The translations under genes were made by a program, and so were the position numbers. A stretch of 64,000 nt of DNA from Anaerostipes hadrus (GTDB lineage: Bacteria; Bacillota; Clostridia; Lachnospirales; Lachnospiraceae), in NCBI GenBank assembly GCA_036312945.1, contig JAXJNA010000044.1:4810-68809 (forward strand). The letters are read 5' to 3'. Shown here piece after piece: positions 37,803 through 48,188 of this stretch. The notes under the pieces are model-generated. The model was not told the origin of the DNA. It searched no databases and saw only the letters and a program-made list of their open reading frames with translations. Each line of letters begins with the position of its first letter. The first letter of the stretch is position 1.

Positions 37803-38918
37803 CTAGTGTCTTTTTCTTTGTAAATATATATTAAGTACCATTCCTATCGCGATCGACGCCGACATTAAGGAACTTAATCCATAACTGATAAATGGCAGGG
37901 GCTGTCCGGTGTTCGGCATGGTTCCTGTAGCAACTGCAATGTTGATAAAAGATTGAAATCCCATATAACACGCAACTCCTACAGCCACATAAGTTCCGAT
38001 CAGATTTCCCGATTTCTTCGCCACATTCATGCACTGATATACAAGGCATGCAAAAACAATGATCAATATCACACATCCAACAAACCCAAATTCTTCTCCG
38101 ATCACAGAGAAGATAAAGTCTGTCTGATTCTCTGATACCAGATTTACATCACTTGCAGATACATTTGAGATCGTATTGCTTCCAAATCCCTTACCGAACA
38201 ATCCGCCAGAACCGATCGCCATGATCGAATTGCTCGTCTGTAAGGCAGTGGAATCTGCATAATTCTCTGGATGTAAAAAGGACATGATCCTTGCTACCTG
38301 ATGTGGCTCTAACAACACCTGTCCTGGTGTCTGGACATACCACAAAAAGATTGCTAAAAGTGGTACGCCTACAATCAATACCTGAACGATCAATCTGGAG
38401 GATAATCCTGCCATAAAGATCATTCCAAGAATAATAAAACAAATATCGAGTGTAGAAGAAAGACTTGGCTGTTTCAAGATCAAAAGCAGCGGGATCCCAC
38501 AGATCACAGCAAGTTTTCCTAATACCTTCGGTTCATTCAGATCATCCTGATGCTTCGCAAGAAATGCTGCAACAACAATGATCATGATCACTTTACTAAG
38601 TTCTGATGGCTGGAAAGTTCCCAGTGGGCCTAATGAAAACCATCGTTTGGCACCATTGACATCTTTTCCAAATAATTTAACGCCGATCAACATGACCACA
38701 TTCAAAATATACAATATTTCTGCATTTCTTGTAAAGACCTGATAATCGATCAGTGATACGACCACAATGATTCCAAGTCCCATAATGATCCCCAATGCCT
38801 GCTTGGGCACATAGGATGCTTTTGCACTGTGAATAAACAAAAGGCTCATCGCCATCAGTACAAGTACGTTAAAAACAAGTTTGAAATTGTAATTCTGCAG
38901 TCGATAATTTCGCAACAT
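37803..38918 (-). CDS. rodA: SEDS-family peptidoglycan polymerase RodA/FtsW
   Basis: 371 aa, polytopic. Motifs QPSELSK and TDFIFSVIGEEFGF. Lies next to minCDE and the mre genes. Confidence 0.9.
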   Translation of the reverse strand: MLRNYRLQNYNFKLVFNVLVLMAMSLLFIHSAKASYVPKQALGIIMGLGIIVVVSLIDYQVFTRNAEILYILNVVMLIGVKLFGKDVNGAKRWFSLGPLGTFQPSELSKVIMIIVVAAFLAKHQDDLNEPKVLGKLAVICGIPLLLILKQPSLSSTLDICFIILGMIFMAGLSSRLIVQVLIVGVPLLAIFLWYVQTPGQVLLEPHQVARIMSFLHPENYADSTALQTSNSIMAIGSGGLFGKGFGSNTISNVSASDVNLVSENQTDFIFSVIGEEFGFVGCVILIIVFACLVYQCMNVAKKSGNLIGTYVAVGVACYMGFQSFINIAVATGTMPNTGQPLPFISYGLSSLMSASIAIGMVLNIYLQRKRH

Positions 38919-38933
38919 AGTATCTCTCCAATG

Positions 38934-39194
38934 TTATTTTCTAAGCTCACGGATCGGAATATTTGCATATAATGCAGGTCCTTCGGATTCTTCGCTGTTT
39001 TGTGTGATCTGAATGTCAAGTCCCTCTGGATCGATCTCCATATATTTGGAGATCACTTGAATGATGTCGTTTTTGATCAGTTCCATTGTCTCAGGAGAAC
39101 AATTTGAGCGGTCAGATACCAATAATAGTTTTAATCGGTCTTTTGCCACTTCTCCTGAACTTTTTTTCTTAAAAAAATTATCAAAAAAACCCAT
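38934..39194 (-). CDS. minE: cell division topological specificity factor MinE
   Basis: 86 aa, immediately downstream of minD. Contains SGEVAKDRLKLLLVSDR. Confidence 0.9.
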   Translation of the reverse strand: MGFFDNFFKKKSSGEVAKDRLKLLLVSDRSNCSPETMELIKNDIIQVISKYMEIDPEGLDIQITQNSEESEGPALYANIPIRELRK

Positions 39195-39208
39195 CGTTTC
39201 TCTCCCCT

Positions 39209-39994
39209 CTACTTCTTAAATACATTTGCAAGTCTCTGGAAGAAAGTTGGTCCTGTGATCTCCATGAATGGAACTTCTTTGCCCATCACTCGATTACAGA
39301 TATTCTGGTATGCTTTTCCTGCTGGTGTATTGCTTCCAACCAATGGTTCTCCCTGATTTGTGGAAATGACGATATTCTCATCATCTGGTACGATTCCGAT
39401 CAGGTCAACTGCAAGAATATCAAGAACATCATCTTTGGATAACATATCTCCACGTTCTACCATATCCATACGGATCCTGTTGATCACCAGATCGATCTTA
39501 TGTATATCATTTGCCTCTAATAGTCCGATGATACGGTCTGCATCACGGATTGCTGATACCTCTGGTGTTGTAACGATCAGTGCACGGTCTGCTGCTGCGA
39601 TCGCATTCTTAAATCCTTGTTCGATTCCTGCTGGGCAGTCAAGAATGATATAGTCAAATTCACTTTTTAGTTCTTCTACCAGTTTTGACATCTGTTCTGG
39701 TGTTACGGATGTCTTGTCTCTTGTCTGTGCAGATGGCAGTAAGAAAAGATTTGGATATTTCTTGTCTTTGATCATTGCCTGTTTGATTCTGCAGTTTCCT
39801 TCCACAACGTCAACCAGATTATAAACGATTCTATTCTCAAGCCCCATGACAACGTCCAGATTACGAAGTCCGATATCTGTATCGATCAATACGACTTTCT
39901 TTCCTTCCTTCGCTAATCCTGTTCCCACATTGGCAGTGGTTGTTGTCTTTCCAACGCCACCCTTTCCAGATGTGATTACGATAACTTCACTCAT
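39209..39994 (-). CDS. minD: septum site-determining ATPase MinD
   Basis: GGAGG lies before the ATG at 39992-39994. Deviant Walker A SGKGGVGKTT. Confidence 0.95.
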   Translation of the reverse strand: MSEVIVITSGKGGVGKTTTTANVGTGLAKEGKKVVLIDTDIGLRNLDVVMGLENRIVYNLVDVVEGNCRIKQAMIKDKKYPNLFLLPSAQTRDKTSVTPEQMSKLVEELKSEFDYIILDCPAGIEQGFKNAIAAADRALIVTTPEVSAIRDADRIIGLLEANDIHKIDLVINRIRMDMVERGDMLSKDDVLDILAVDLIGIVPDDENIVISTNQGEPLVGSNTPAGKAYQNICNRVMGKEVPFMEITGPTFFQRLANVFKK

Positions 39995-40012
39995 TTTTAT
40001 TTCCTCCATTCA

Positions 40013-40753
40013 CTATACTATGATTTCATTTAAGAGCGCTTTAGATATGGGCTCGATATAAATATTTTCATCTTCTACAAATGCAATCTGTGCTTCCATC
40101 GGCTGATTGTCATTATTCTTTGATCTTCCGAAAAGCTTTTTCTTCTTCTCTGGTTCTCCATCGGCACTTCTTGCGATGTGTTTTCCGATACGGATCTGCA
40201 TCGGCTGCATATCAAGTGCTGCGACAAAAGCGTGATCATCTCCATCACATCCTGCACTCAAATATCCCTTGGCACATCCAAGAACAACTACATTACCTTT
40301 GGCACATACGGAAGCTCCAGGATTCACGTCCCCAACCACTACAACACTTGCATCGGATTCCAGACTCTGTCCGGAACGAAGTGTTCCACGGTAGAACTGT
40401 CCATCTCCCTTTCTTCTCTCATCAACCATGGACTGGCTTCTTTTTTGTTCTCTTTCCTGAATCTTTTTCAATACATCTTTAAAAGAAGTTTCCATGATCT
40501 TATCATCTTCTATTACATATGCGATCGTCAAAGTTGTTTTTTCTGCAATGATCTGCAATACATTCTGAAGTTCTTTGGCATCTAGTTTTCTGCCTTCGAT
40601 CTTTAGTGCGATCTGTGTCTGTCCATTAAAGAAATCTTTTGCCTGCACAAATTTATCTTCGATCGCTTTGATCAGTTGATCAAACTTCATTCCGGGATCT
40701 AATACCATGGTAAGTCCCAGACTGTTTCCCTTGAGCAATACCGGCTGATTCAT
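40013..40753 (-). CDS. minC: septum site-determining protein MinC
   Basis: 246 aa. C-terminal beta-helix segment (VVVGDVNPGASVCAKGNVVVLG). Positioned upstream of minD. Confidence 0.88.
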   Translation of the reverse strand: MNQPVLLKGNSLGLTMVLDPGMKFDQLIKAIEDKFVQAKDFFNGQTQIALKIEGRKLDAKELQNVLQIIAEKTTLTIAYVIEDDKIMETSFKDVLKKIQEREQKRSQSMVDERRKGDGQFYRGTLRSGQSLESDASVVVVGDVNPGASVCAKGNVVVLGCAKGYLSAGCDGDDHAFVAALDMQPMQIRIGKHIARSADGEPEKKKKLFGRSKNNDNQPMEAQIAFVEDENIYIEPISKALLNEIIV

Positions 40754-40773
40754 ACAATTCCTCTCTTCTTTCT

Positions 40774-43686
40774 CTAATCTCCTGCAGTACCTACACTGGT
40801 TTCTGTGACTGATTTATTATTCTTCTCTAAGGTCTTCTTTGTCTTATCATTCGCAAAATAATACTCATACACATCCTTTGCAGTCGCTGCTGCATTGGAT
40901 GAGGTATATCCAAACGGAATAACAACCGTTGTTGTGATCTCTGGCTTCTCATATGGTCCATAAGAGATAAACAACGCATGATTCGGACGTTTCTTATTCT
41001 CCTGTGCCGTACCTGTCTTACCTGCTAATTTGACTTTCATGCCTTTAAAGATACTGCTTACAGAACTGTCCTTTCCGCTGACTACACCTCTCATACCAGT
41101 ATGCACTGCATTCCAGTATGTTGTGTCATAATGAAGCTGTCTTACTTTCTTAACTCCATATTTCTTGACTGTCTTTCCATTATCATCGGTGATCTTGTCC
41201 ATGATACTTAGATCATATACAGTTCCACTATTGGATAATGTTGTCACATAATTCGCAATCTGGCTTGGCGTGAAACTGTTACGTCCCTGTCCAATGGCAG
41301 AACGTACGGATGTTTCATCAGAAACCTGTGGAGATGACTCATCCAGTTCGATTCCTGACTGCTTATTAAGCCCTAGCTGTGTTGCGTATTTCTCCAGGTA
41401 CTTAAGACCTTCTTTACTACTGTAGGAACCTGATTTGTCTCCTAATCTATATCCTACTTCATAAAAGAAATAATTACAAGATGCTTCGATCGCTGTTGAC
41501 ACAGTTCTTGGTCCATGACGGTCTGGATATTTCCAGCACTTCGCCGGTGGTGTAATCTTATCGTATAATCCGGTACAGTTGATGACTGTACTTGTTGTGA
41601 TCACTTTCTCATTAAGACCTGCCAAAGCAGATAATGGCTTAAATGTAGATCCCGGTGCTGTCTTATGTTTCAGTGCCTGATTATATAATGGTGTAGATGC
41701 TGAGTTTGCCAGCTGCCTGTAGTATCCGGAATCTGTTCCATTTGATAAACGGTTGCTGTCATATCCAGGATAACTTACCAATGCTTTCACCTTTCCTGTC
41801 TTGGAATCTGTGATCACAACAGATCCGGAACATGGATCCATACCGATCTGTCCTGGTGTGATCTGTAAACTCTTTAACTTTCTTCGAATGAAATCATAGC
41901 TGTTTAGGGAACCAGATTTCAATGCCGTATAATCACTGTCACCTTTCTTCTTTAAAACTCCCTGTTCATAAAGAAGGAGACATACTTCTCTTCCGCTTAA
42001 TTTTCCTTTCATGATGCTTTGTTCGCAGACTGTCATATCAAAATCATCTGCATCAACCAAAGCATCTTCTACATAAGCAGCCAGTGCTTTCATGATCTCT
42101 TCGGTGTCATTGTATTTGCTGCTGATATTCAATGAAGAAATATCAATCCATTCCTTATTCACTGCATATCTTAAGAATTCACTTAAACTGATCTTCTCAT
42201 TCTTCCACTTCTGATATGTCTTATCTGTCGTATCGATAGAACTTGAGATCAATACTTTCTTGCTGGACAGCAGACTGTATACATAAGATGCATAGGCTTG
42301 TTTTTCATCACTCTGATCTTTGTACGCTTTGGTATCTTTCAATACAAGATCCTTTGATATCTTGATTGCCTGATCTTCTAAATCCTGAATCTTTCGATAC
42401 ATCTTCTTCTCATAGGATGTCGCCTTATCTCCATTGAGATTCTCAAGGTCGATCACACTATTGCCAATAAACGAATAATATACTTTCTTGATTGGGATCA
42501 TAATATTCTCACGGTCATTTCCTGCGCTGTCAGAACTCGTAAGCTTGGACAGAACAATCCCCGCGATCTTCTTCTCGAGCAGATTATATACATATTCCTG
42601 TAATTCGCTGTCAATCGATAATGTAATATTATTTCCTGTTCCCGATTTGACTGTCTTGGTTGTGTCGATGATCTTTCCAACATTGTTGACAACCAGCGTC
42701 TTGCTTCCGCTGTCTCCGTGAAGATAACTCTCAAACTGCTTCTCAACACCGGCCTTTCCAACCGTCTCATCACTGGAATAGTAATCTTTATCTTCTTCTT
42801 TCTTTCCTTTGTTATATGTTTCAAGTTCATCCGTATTGACCGTTCCTGTATATCCGATCACATGAGACATCGCCTCACTTTTATTATATACACGAATAGA
42901 CTTTGTATCAATATCTATTCCCGGAAGTTCTGAACTTCTTTCTTTGATCTCGGCAATACTTCTGTTATTGATCTCATTTGCGATCGTCACTTTCATATAC
43001 TGAGAATAACGGCTTAAAAATGCACTGTATCTGACAGACATGATCTTTAATGCATCTTCTTTGGAATAAGATTTATCAATATCAAACATCTTTCCTGTTC
43101 CTGCAGAACCAAGCGTTCCATTTCTCAAATACTCAAAAACCTGTTCTGCAGTAGCATTGAGCTGTTTATCTCTTAATTCTTTCTCAGACTTTGAAAGATC
43201 TGTGCTGTTTCCAATTCCAAAAACATCTCTCTTAAACTTCTTTAATTTTGACCCAGTCTCTGTAAAACGGAACTTTCCGCTTCCTGTATATTCAATCGGA
43301 ATCTCATTGATAAAAGAGTCTCCATTCCTCTCCAGGATCTTGATCACTTTATAAATGACTTTATTCTTCTCATAACTTTCTGATGTACCATTCTTTGCTG
43401 CCAACGTCTGAAATGCATTGTCATTCTGGAAATTCACTGTATATACAAGTTTGTTGTATGCAAGCAGTTTTCCATTCACATCATAAATATTTCCTCTGGT
43501 ACCAGACGTCTTGACCGTCTTTTGTACTTTATATGTAAAATCATTTTTATGTGACTGACCTTCTACGATCTGAAGGACAAACACTCGCCCGATCAGCACA
43601 CAATAAAGCACAGCGATCAGTATGATCAAGGCAAGCAGTCTGTTTGCCAGTAATTTTTCCGCTTTCTCGTAAATTTTTCGTAACAC
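40774..43686 (-). CDS. mrdA: penicillin-binding protein 2 (class B transpeptidase), unusually long
   Basis: 970 aa. N-terminal TM segment. Motifs SxxK (GSTFKP, Ser at about residue 678), SxN (SCN) and KTG (GKTGTA). Follows mreD. Confidence 0.9.
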   Translation of the reverse strand: MLRKIYEKAEKLLANRLLALIILIAVLYCVLIGRVFVLQIVEGQSHKNDFTYKVQKTVKTSGTRGNIYDVNGKLLAYNKLVYTVNFQNDNAFQTLAAKNGTSESYEKNKVIYKVIKILERNGDSFINEIPIEYTGSGKFRFTETGSKLKKFKRDVFGIGNSTDLSKSEKELRDKQLNATAEQVFEYLRNGTLGSAGTGKMFDIDKSYSKEDALKIMSVRYSAFLSRYSQYMKVTIANEINNRSIAEIKERSSELPGIDIDTKSIRVYNKSEAMSHVIGYTGTVNTDELETYNKGKKEEDKDYYSSDETVGKAGVEKQFESYLHGDSGSKTLVVNNVGKIIDTTKTVKSGTGNNITLSIDSELQEYVYNLLEKKIAGIVLSKLTSSDSAGNDRENIMIPIKKVYYSFIGNSVIDLENLNGDKATSYEKKMYRKIQDLEDQAIKISKDLVLKDTKAYKDQSDEKQAYASYVYSLLSSKKVLISSSIDTTDKTYQKWKNEKISLSEFLRYAVNKEWIDISSLNISSKYNDTEEIMKALAAYVEDALVDADDFDMTVCEQSIMKGKLSGREVCLLLYEQGVLKKKGDSDYTALKSGSLNSYDFIRRKLKSLQITPGQIGMDPCSGSVVITDSKTGKVKALVSYPGYDSNRLSNGTDSGYYRQLANSASTPLYNQALKHKTAPGSTFKPLSALAGLNEKVITTSTVINCTGLYDKITPPAKCWKYPDRHGPRTVSTAIEASCNYFFYEVGYRLGDKSGSYSSKEGLKYLEKYATQLGLNKQSGIELDESSPQVSDETSVRSAIGQGRNSFTPSQIANYVTTLSNSGTVYDLSIMDKITDDNGKTVKKYGVKKVRQLHYDTTYWNAVHTGMRGVVSGKDSSVSSIFKGMKVKLAGKTGTAQENKKRPNHALFISYGPYEKPEITTTVVIPFGYTSSNAAATAKDVYEYYFANDKTKKTLEKNNKSVTETSVGTAGD

Positions 43687-44201
43687 TAGAACATACTCCT
43701 TTTTTCACCATCTCTGATCCTGATATCAACTTCTAACAATATCTTATATATAAGCAATGCTACGATTCCTGTATATACTGCTTCCGGGATCATAACTTTG
43801 AACAGATAAGAAAAGAACTGCAATCTTCCTCTCATTGCAAAAAAGAAAAAGAAGATCACAAAACTATACGCAAGAGAATTCGCTGTTAAAAGTCCGATCG
43901 GCAACAAGATATCATCCTCATAAAAATATGTGTGAAACCATCCATTGACATATCCAAACATTAAATACACAAATGCGTTCTGACCTAAAACATTCCCTGA
44001 GAATATATCGATCAGCAGTCCACAGACAAATCCGATCACGATCCCCGCTTTCCTGCCTCGGATAAATGCGATCGTGACCGTTAAGATCAGCAGAATATTC
44101 GGCATAACCCCTGCAAGTTTTAAAAAATTAAAGACGGATGTCTGTAAAAGGAAACAGACCAGTACCGATATCACATAAAATAAAATTCGTTTGATCTTCA
44201 T
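43686..44201 (-). CDS. mreD: rod shape-determining protein MreD
   Basis: 171 aa, polytopic, between mreC and PBP2. Confidence 0.85.
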   Translation of the reverse strand: MKIKRILFYVISVLVCFLLQTSVFNFLKLAGVMPNILLILTVTIAFIRGRKAGIVIGFVCGLLIDIFSGNVLGQNAFVYLMFGYVNGWFHTYFYEDDILLPIGLLTANSLAYSFVIFFFFFAMRGRLQFFSYLFKVMIPEAVYTGIVALLIYKILLEVDIRIRDGEKRSMF

Positions 44202-44212
44202 ATCCTCACCTG

Positions 44213-45100
44213 CTATTCCTTTGTTTCTTCATCAAGATTCTTTGTTTTCTTAAGATCTGTGATAACCAAAACTTCTTTTAAATGCTTGAAATCAACGATT
44301 GGTGTTACTCTTGCTGTCTTGGTAAGCTTTGTAGAATCAAGCTTCAGATCAGATACTTTCCCGATCGTGATCCCTTCATTGAATTTAGAGCTTACATAAG
44401 ATGTTACAAGCTCATCTCCATTCTTGACTTTTGCGTCTTTGCTGATATATACAACTTCCAGATATCCATCTTCCATCGTATCCAGACTTCCATTTACGAT
44501 ACATGCATCATTTGTCTTTAGGAACATCGCACTGACCATACTTGTATCATTGATGATCGTTCGTACTTTGGCTGTATGTGATGATACATCATAGACAATT
44601 CCCACAAGTCCATTCCCTGCAATGACATTCATGTCTTTCTTAATACCGTCTTTGCTTCCTTTATCGATCAGGAAGATATCAAACCAGTTTCCTGATCCTT
44701 TACTGATGACTCTGGCTCCAACTGTATGATATTTTTTGTACTTTTGTTTTAATTTCAAAAGATCCTGCAGACGTTCTAATTCTACCTGATTCTGTTCTAA
44801 CACACGATTCTGCATCTTTAAGGCATCGACTTTCTCCTGCAGACGCTCATTCTCTGCTCTCAGTGTCTTCTTGCTTTTCGCATTCTCATTCCATGAAAAC
44901 ACGGCATTTCCTACCGAATTAATGCCTTCCTGCATCGGAGATAAAACAGTGAAAAAGATATTCTTGACTGGAGTTAAGACTCCTCCGGCAAAAACACTGA
45001 TTCCCGCCAGTAACCCACACACCACGATAAAAATCGCTAACAGGTGGTTTGAATTAAATTTTTTCTTTTGCAATTTCATACGTCTATCCTCTTTCATCAT
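44213..45100 (-). CDS. mreC: rod shape-determining protein MreC
   Basis: 295 aa. TM segment, coiled coil (LRAENERLQEKVDALK), then a beta-barrel domain. The start overlaps the mreB stop (ATGATGA). Confidence 0.9.
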   Translation of the reverse strand: MMKEDRRMKLQKKKFNSNHLLAIFIVVCGLLAGISVFAGGVLTPVKNIFFTVLSPMQEGINSVGNAVFSWNENAKSKKTLRAENERLQEKVDALKMQNRVLEQNQVELERLQDLLKLKQKYKKYHTVGARVISKGSGNWFDIFLIDKGSKDGIKKDMNVIAGNGLVGIVYDVSSHTAKVRTIINDTSMVSAMFLKTNDACIVNGSLDTMEDGYLEVVYISKDAKVKNGDELVTSYVSSKFNEGITIGKVSDLKLDSTKLTKTARVTPIVDFKHLKEVLVITDLKKTKNLDEETKE

Positions 45101-46056
45101 CTATTTAAATATGACTGCATTCCTAAGATCACATGATCTTCTGGCCGGTCAGCAATATGAACCGGTATCTTAAATTCTTCTTTGATCCACTCTGCCGTCT
45201 TCGGAAATGCTGCCCCGCCTCCAGATACATAGATTCCCTGATTCATAATATCTGATGCAAGTTCTGGTGTAATGCTTTCTAACACTGCTTTTACCTGCAC
45301 ACAAATGTCTCTGACCTGACTGTGGGCCTTTTCTTCAACGATCTGAATTGGTATCTTTTCTTGTTTTGGAAGTCCGCTCACAAGATCTCTTCCCTTGATC
45401 ATAGCTGCTTCTTTATCTTCTATCTTCGCATATGCGAGCTTTAAGTGTCTTGCACTTCGTGTTCCGATCGCTAATTTATAATTCTTCTTTACATAATCTC
45501 TGATCCACTCATCGATCTGGTCTCCTCCATATGGAAGAAGTCTGCTTGTTACGATCCCGCCTAAAGATATCACAGAAATCTCTGTTGTTGAAGCTCCTAT
45601 ATCAATGATCATATTTCCACATGGCGCATCGACATCAATTCCACTTCCGATTGCTGCAAGGATTGGCTTTGGAACTAAAGTTACATCCTTAACCCTTGAA
45701 GCTGATTCCCATGCAAGATCTTCAAATGCTCGTTTCTCAACATTCGTAATATCCACTGGAACAGCGACCATAAGACCTGTTTTCCTGATCCGTTTGAAAT
45801 AATGGTCCAGTATCGTTCCTAACAGATATCTCATATTCGTATAATCTGAGATCACGCCGTGTTCCATTGGTTTCACTACATGAATGCTGTATGGCTGTTT
45901 CTCATACATCGCAAATGCTTCGTTACCGAATGCTTTTAGTTTCGCATCTTCGTCAAATGCGATCATGTTCTTTACCTTTAAAAATTCTTCTTTATCTCTT
46001 GTACAGATTCTTAAATGCCTGGTTCCAAGTTCAATTCCTAGTTGTGCCGTTTTCAT
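45097..46056 (-). CDS. mreB: MreB/Mbl-family actin-like protein (divergent, short)
   Basis: 319 aa. GIELGT, MIIDIGASTTEISVISLGGIVTS and GIYVSGGGAAF are colinear with MreB phosphate and adenosine motifs. Confidence 0.88.
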   Translation of the reverse strand: MKTAQLGIELGTRHLRICTRDKEEFLKVKNMIAFDEDAKLKAFGNEAFAMYEKQPYSIHVVKPMEHGVISDYTNMRYLLGTILDHYFKRIRKTGLMVAVPVDITNVEKRAFEDLAWESASRVKDVTLVPKPILAAIGSGIDVDAPCGNMIIDIGASTTEISVISLGGIVTSRLLPYGGDQIDEWIRDYVKKNYKLAIGTRSARHLKLAYAKIEDKEAAMIKGRDLVSGLPKQEKIPIQIVEEKAHSQVRDICVQVKAVLESITPELASDIMNQGIYVSGGGAAFPKTAEWIKEEFKIPVHIADRPEDHVILGMQSYLNR

Positions 46057-46066
46057 GTTCTGCTCC

Positions 46067-46765
46067 TTACATCATGTGTTCTTCTCGAAAACTTAAATAT
46101 GTCTGGTCTCCGATGATAATGTGATCACATAGCGGAATTCCAAGAAATTCTCCTGCTTCTTTCATCCGCTTGGTCGTCAGGATATCCTGGCGGCTTGGCG
46201 TTGGATCTCCAGATGGATGATTATGGATCATAAGGACGGAAACCGCTTCGCATCGAAGTGCTTCCAGAAATAATTCTCTTGGTGATGCCACTGTCTGATT
46301 CACTGTACCAACAGAAACCGTAAGTTCCTTTATAACTTTATTCTTTCCATTAAAAAAAATTAAAATCATCTCTTCCCGGCTTAAATGCCGCATCCGTTCC
46401 ATATAATAATCTGCAATGGATGCCGGTGAATGAAAGCTTATCTTATCTTCGACTTTCGCACTTGCTAATCGTTTGGATAATTCTGCAATACATAAGATCT
46501 GCATCGCCTTCACTTTCCCAATCCCGGGAATCTTTTGTAATTCTTCTCTTGAAGTATGGCAAATTCCCAGTATTCCCTCATAAAACGGATCGATCGACAA
46601 CACTTTCGTTGCAAGATCGATCGCCGTCTGATCCTTTGTCCCACTTCTTAAGATCACTGCCAGAAGTTCTGCATCTGACAGCATTGCTGTTCCATTCTTT
46701 TCACACTTTTCATAAGGTCTTTCTGACACTGGTAATTCCTTTAATGTCTGATGTTTTTCTTCCAT
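46067..46765 (-). CDS. radC: RadC-family JAB/MPN domain protein
   Basis: The ATG at 46763-46765 (MEEKHQTLKELP) is preferred. HhH segment GIGKVKA and JAMM motif HNHPSGDPTPS. Confidence 0.9.
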   Translation of the reverse strand: MEEKHQTLKELPVSERPYEKCEKNGTAMLSDAELLAVILRSGTKDQTAIDLATKVLSIDPFYEGILGICHTSREELQKIPGIGKVKAMQILCIAELSKRLASAKVEDKISFHSPASIADYYMERMRHLSREEMILIFFNGKNKVIKELTVSVGTVNQTVASPRELFLEALRCEAVSVLMIHNHPSGDPTPSRQDILTTKRMKEAGEFLGIPLCDHIIIGDQTYLSFREEHMM

Positions 46766-46889
46766 ATCTGATCCTTTCTGTCGAAAAATCTCCATGGTCA
46801 AAACATTTCTCACATTAAATCTTACCATAACTTTTCACTGATGTATAGAAATCAAACCGTTGTTTTCCTTAAATTTTTCTTATTTTATT

Positions 46890-48188
46890 TTATGAAATCT
46901 CTGGAATTTCTACCAGACCTTTTTCTGCCATTCGCTGCAGGGACATGATGATTCCATATTTGGCATGTGGATATGTAAGACCTCCCTGGAAATATACTGC
47001 ATAAGGCTCTTTCATTGGTCCATCAGCACTTAATTCAATGGATGCTCCCGATACAAAGGTTCCTGCTGCCATGATCACCTGGCTATCATATCCTGGCATA
47101 TCCCATGGAATTGGTGTTACATGACTATCGATCGGTGATGCTTTCTGAATTCCCTCACAAAATGCGATCAATTTTTCAGGATCATGGAATTCCACTGCCT
47201 GAATGATATCATGTCGGTCTTCTTTTCCATCTGGAATCACTTTAAATCCTAATTTTTCATATAAATTTGCTGCAAAGATCGCTCCTTTGACTGCTGCATT
47301 GACAACCGTTGGTGCCATAAAGAATCCTTGGATAAACTGACGGTTAACTCCAAGACTTGCTCCTACTTCTTTTCCAAGCCCTGGTGTTGTAAGTCTGTAT
47401 GCACACTGCTCGATCAGATCACTTCTTCCGCAGATGTATCCACCGATCGGTGCAAGTCCTCCACCCGGATTCTTGATCAGGGAACCTACGATCATATCAG
47501 CTCCAACTTCCGATGGTTCTTTCTCTTCGACAAATTCCCCATAACAATTATCAACCATTACGATCAGGTCTTTATTGATCTCTTTTACAAATGCGATTGC
47601 TTCCCCGATCACATCAACAGATAAGGTTGGTCTTGTCGCATAGCCTTTTGATCTCTGGATATGGATCAGTTTGGTTTTGTCATTGATCGCATTTTTGATT
47701 CCTTCTAAGTCAAAGCTTCCATCTTCTAACAGATCGACCTGTGCATATGTGATCCCATATTCTTTCAGTGATCCTTTGGACTCACGGATTCCAATGACTT
47801 CTTCTAAGGTATCATATGGTTTTCCTGAAATCGCAAGAATCTCATCTCCCGGACGAAGATTTGCAGATAATGCAAGCCCTAATGCATGTGTTCCACATGT
47901 GATCTGCGGCCTTACAAGTGCATCTTCTGTTCCAAAAACATCGGCATATAATGCTTCCACAGCCTCTCTTCCAGAATCATTGTATCCATATCCTGTTGTG
48001 CCACCCAGATGCATTTCCGCGATCTGGTGTTTCTGCATTGCATTTAATACCTTGATCTGGTTTAACTGTGCGATCGCATCTAACGTTTCAAAACGATCTT
48101 TTAATCCTTTTTCTACTTCCTGTGCATAGTCGAAGACTTTCTCATCGACTCCCATTTCTTTATAATAGTTCTTTAACTGATCCATCAT
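46890..48188 (-). CDS. YnbB/aluminium-resistance-family PLP enzyme (methionine gamma-lyase-like)
   Basis: 432 aa with GGTTGYGYNDSGREAVE and VRPQITCGTHAL. Conserved position after miaA. Confidence 0.85.
   Translation of the reverse strand: MMDQLKNYYKEMGVDEKVFDYAQEVEKGLKDRFETLDAIAQLNQIKVLNAMQKHQIAEMHLGGTTGYGYNDSGREAVEALYADVFGTEDALVRPQITCGTHALGLALSANLRPGDEILAISGKPYDTLEEVIGIRESKGSLKEYGITYAQVDLLEDGSFDLEGIKNAINDKTKLIHIQRSKGYATRPTLSVDVIGEAIAFVKEINKDLIVMVDNCYGEFVEEKEPSEVGADMIVGSLIKNPGGGLAPIGGYICGRSDLIEQCAYRLTTPGLGKEVGASLGVNRQFIQGFFMAPTVVNAAVKGAIFAANLYEKLGFKVIPDGKEDRHDIIQAVEFHDPEKLIAFCEGIQKASPIDSHVTPIPWDMPGYDSQVIMAAGTFVSGASIELSADGPMKEPYAVYFQGGLTYPHAKYGIIMSLQRMAEKGLVEIPEIS

Noticed and set aside
40075-40585. 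ORFs 40075..40257(-), 40081..40482(+) and 40178..40585(+) overlapping minC
   Set aside because: They are alternative frames of minC with no motifs and no translation signals.
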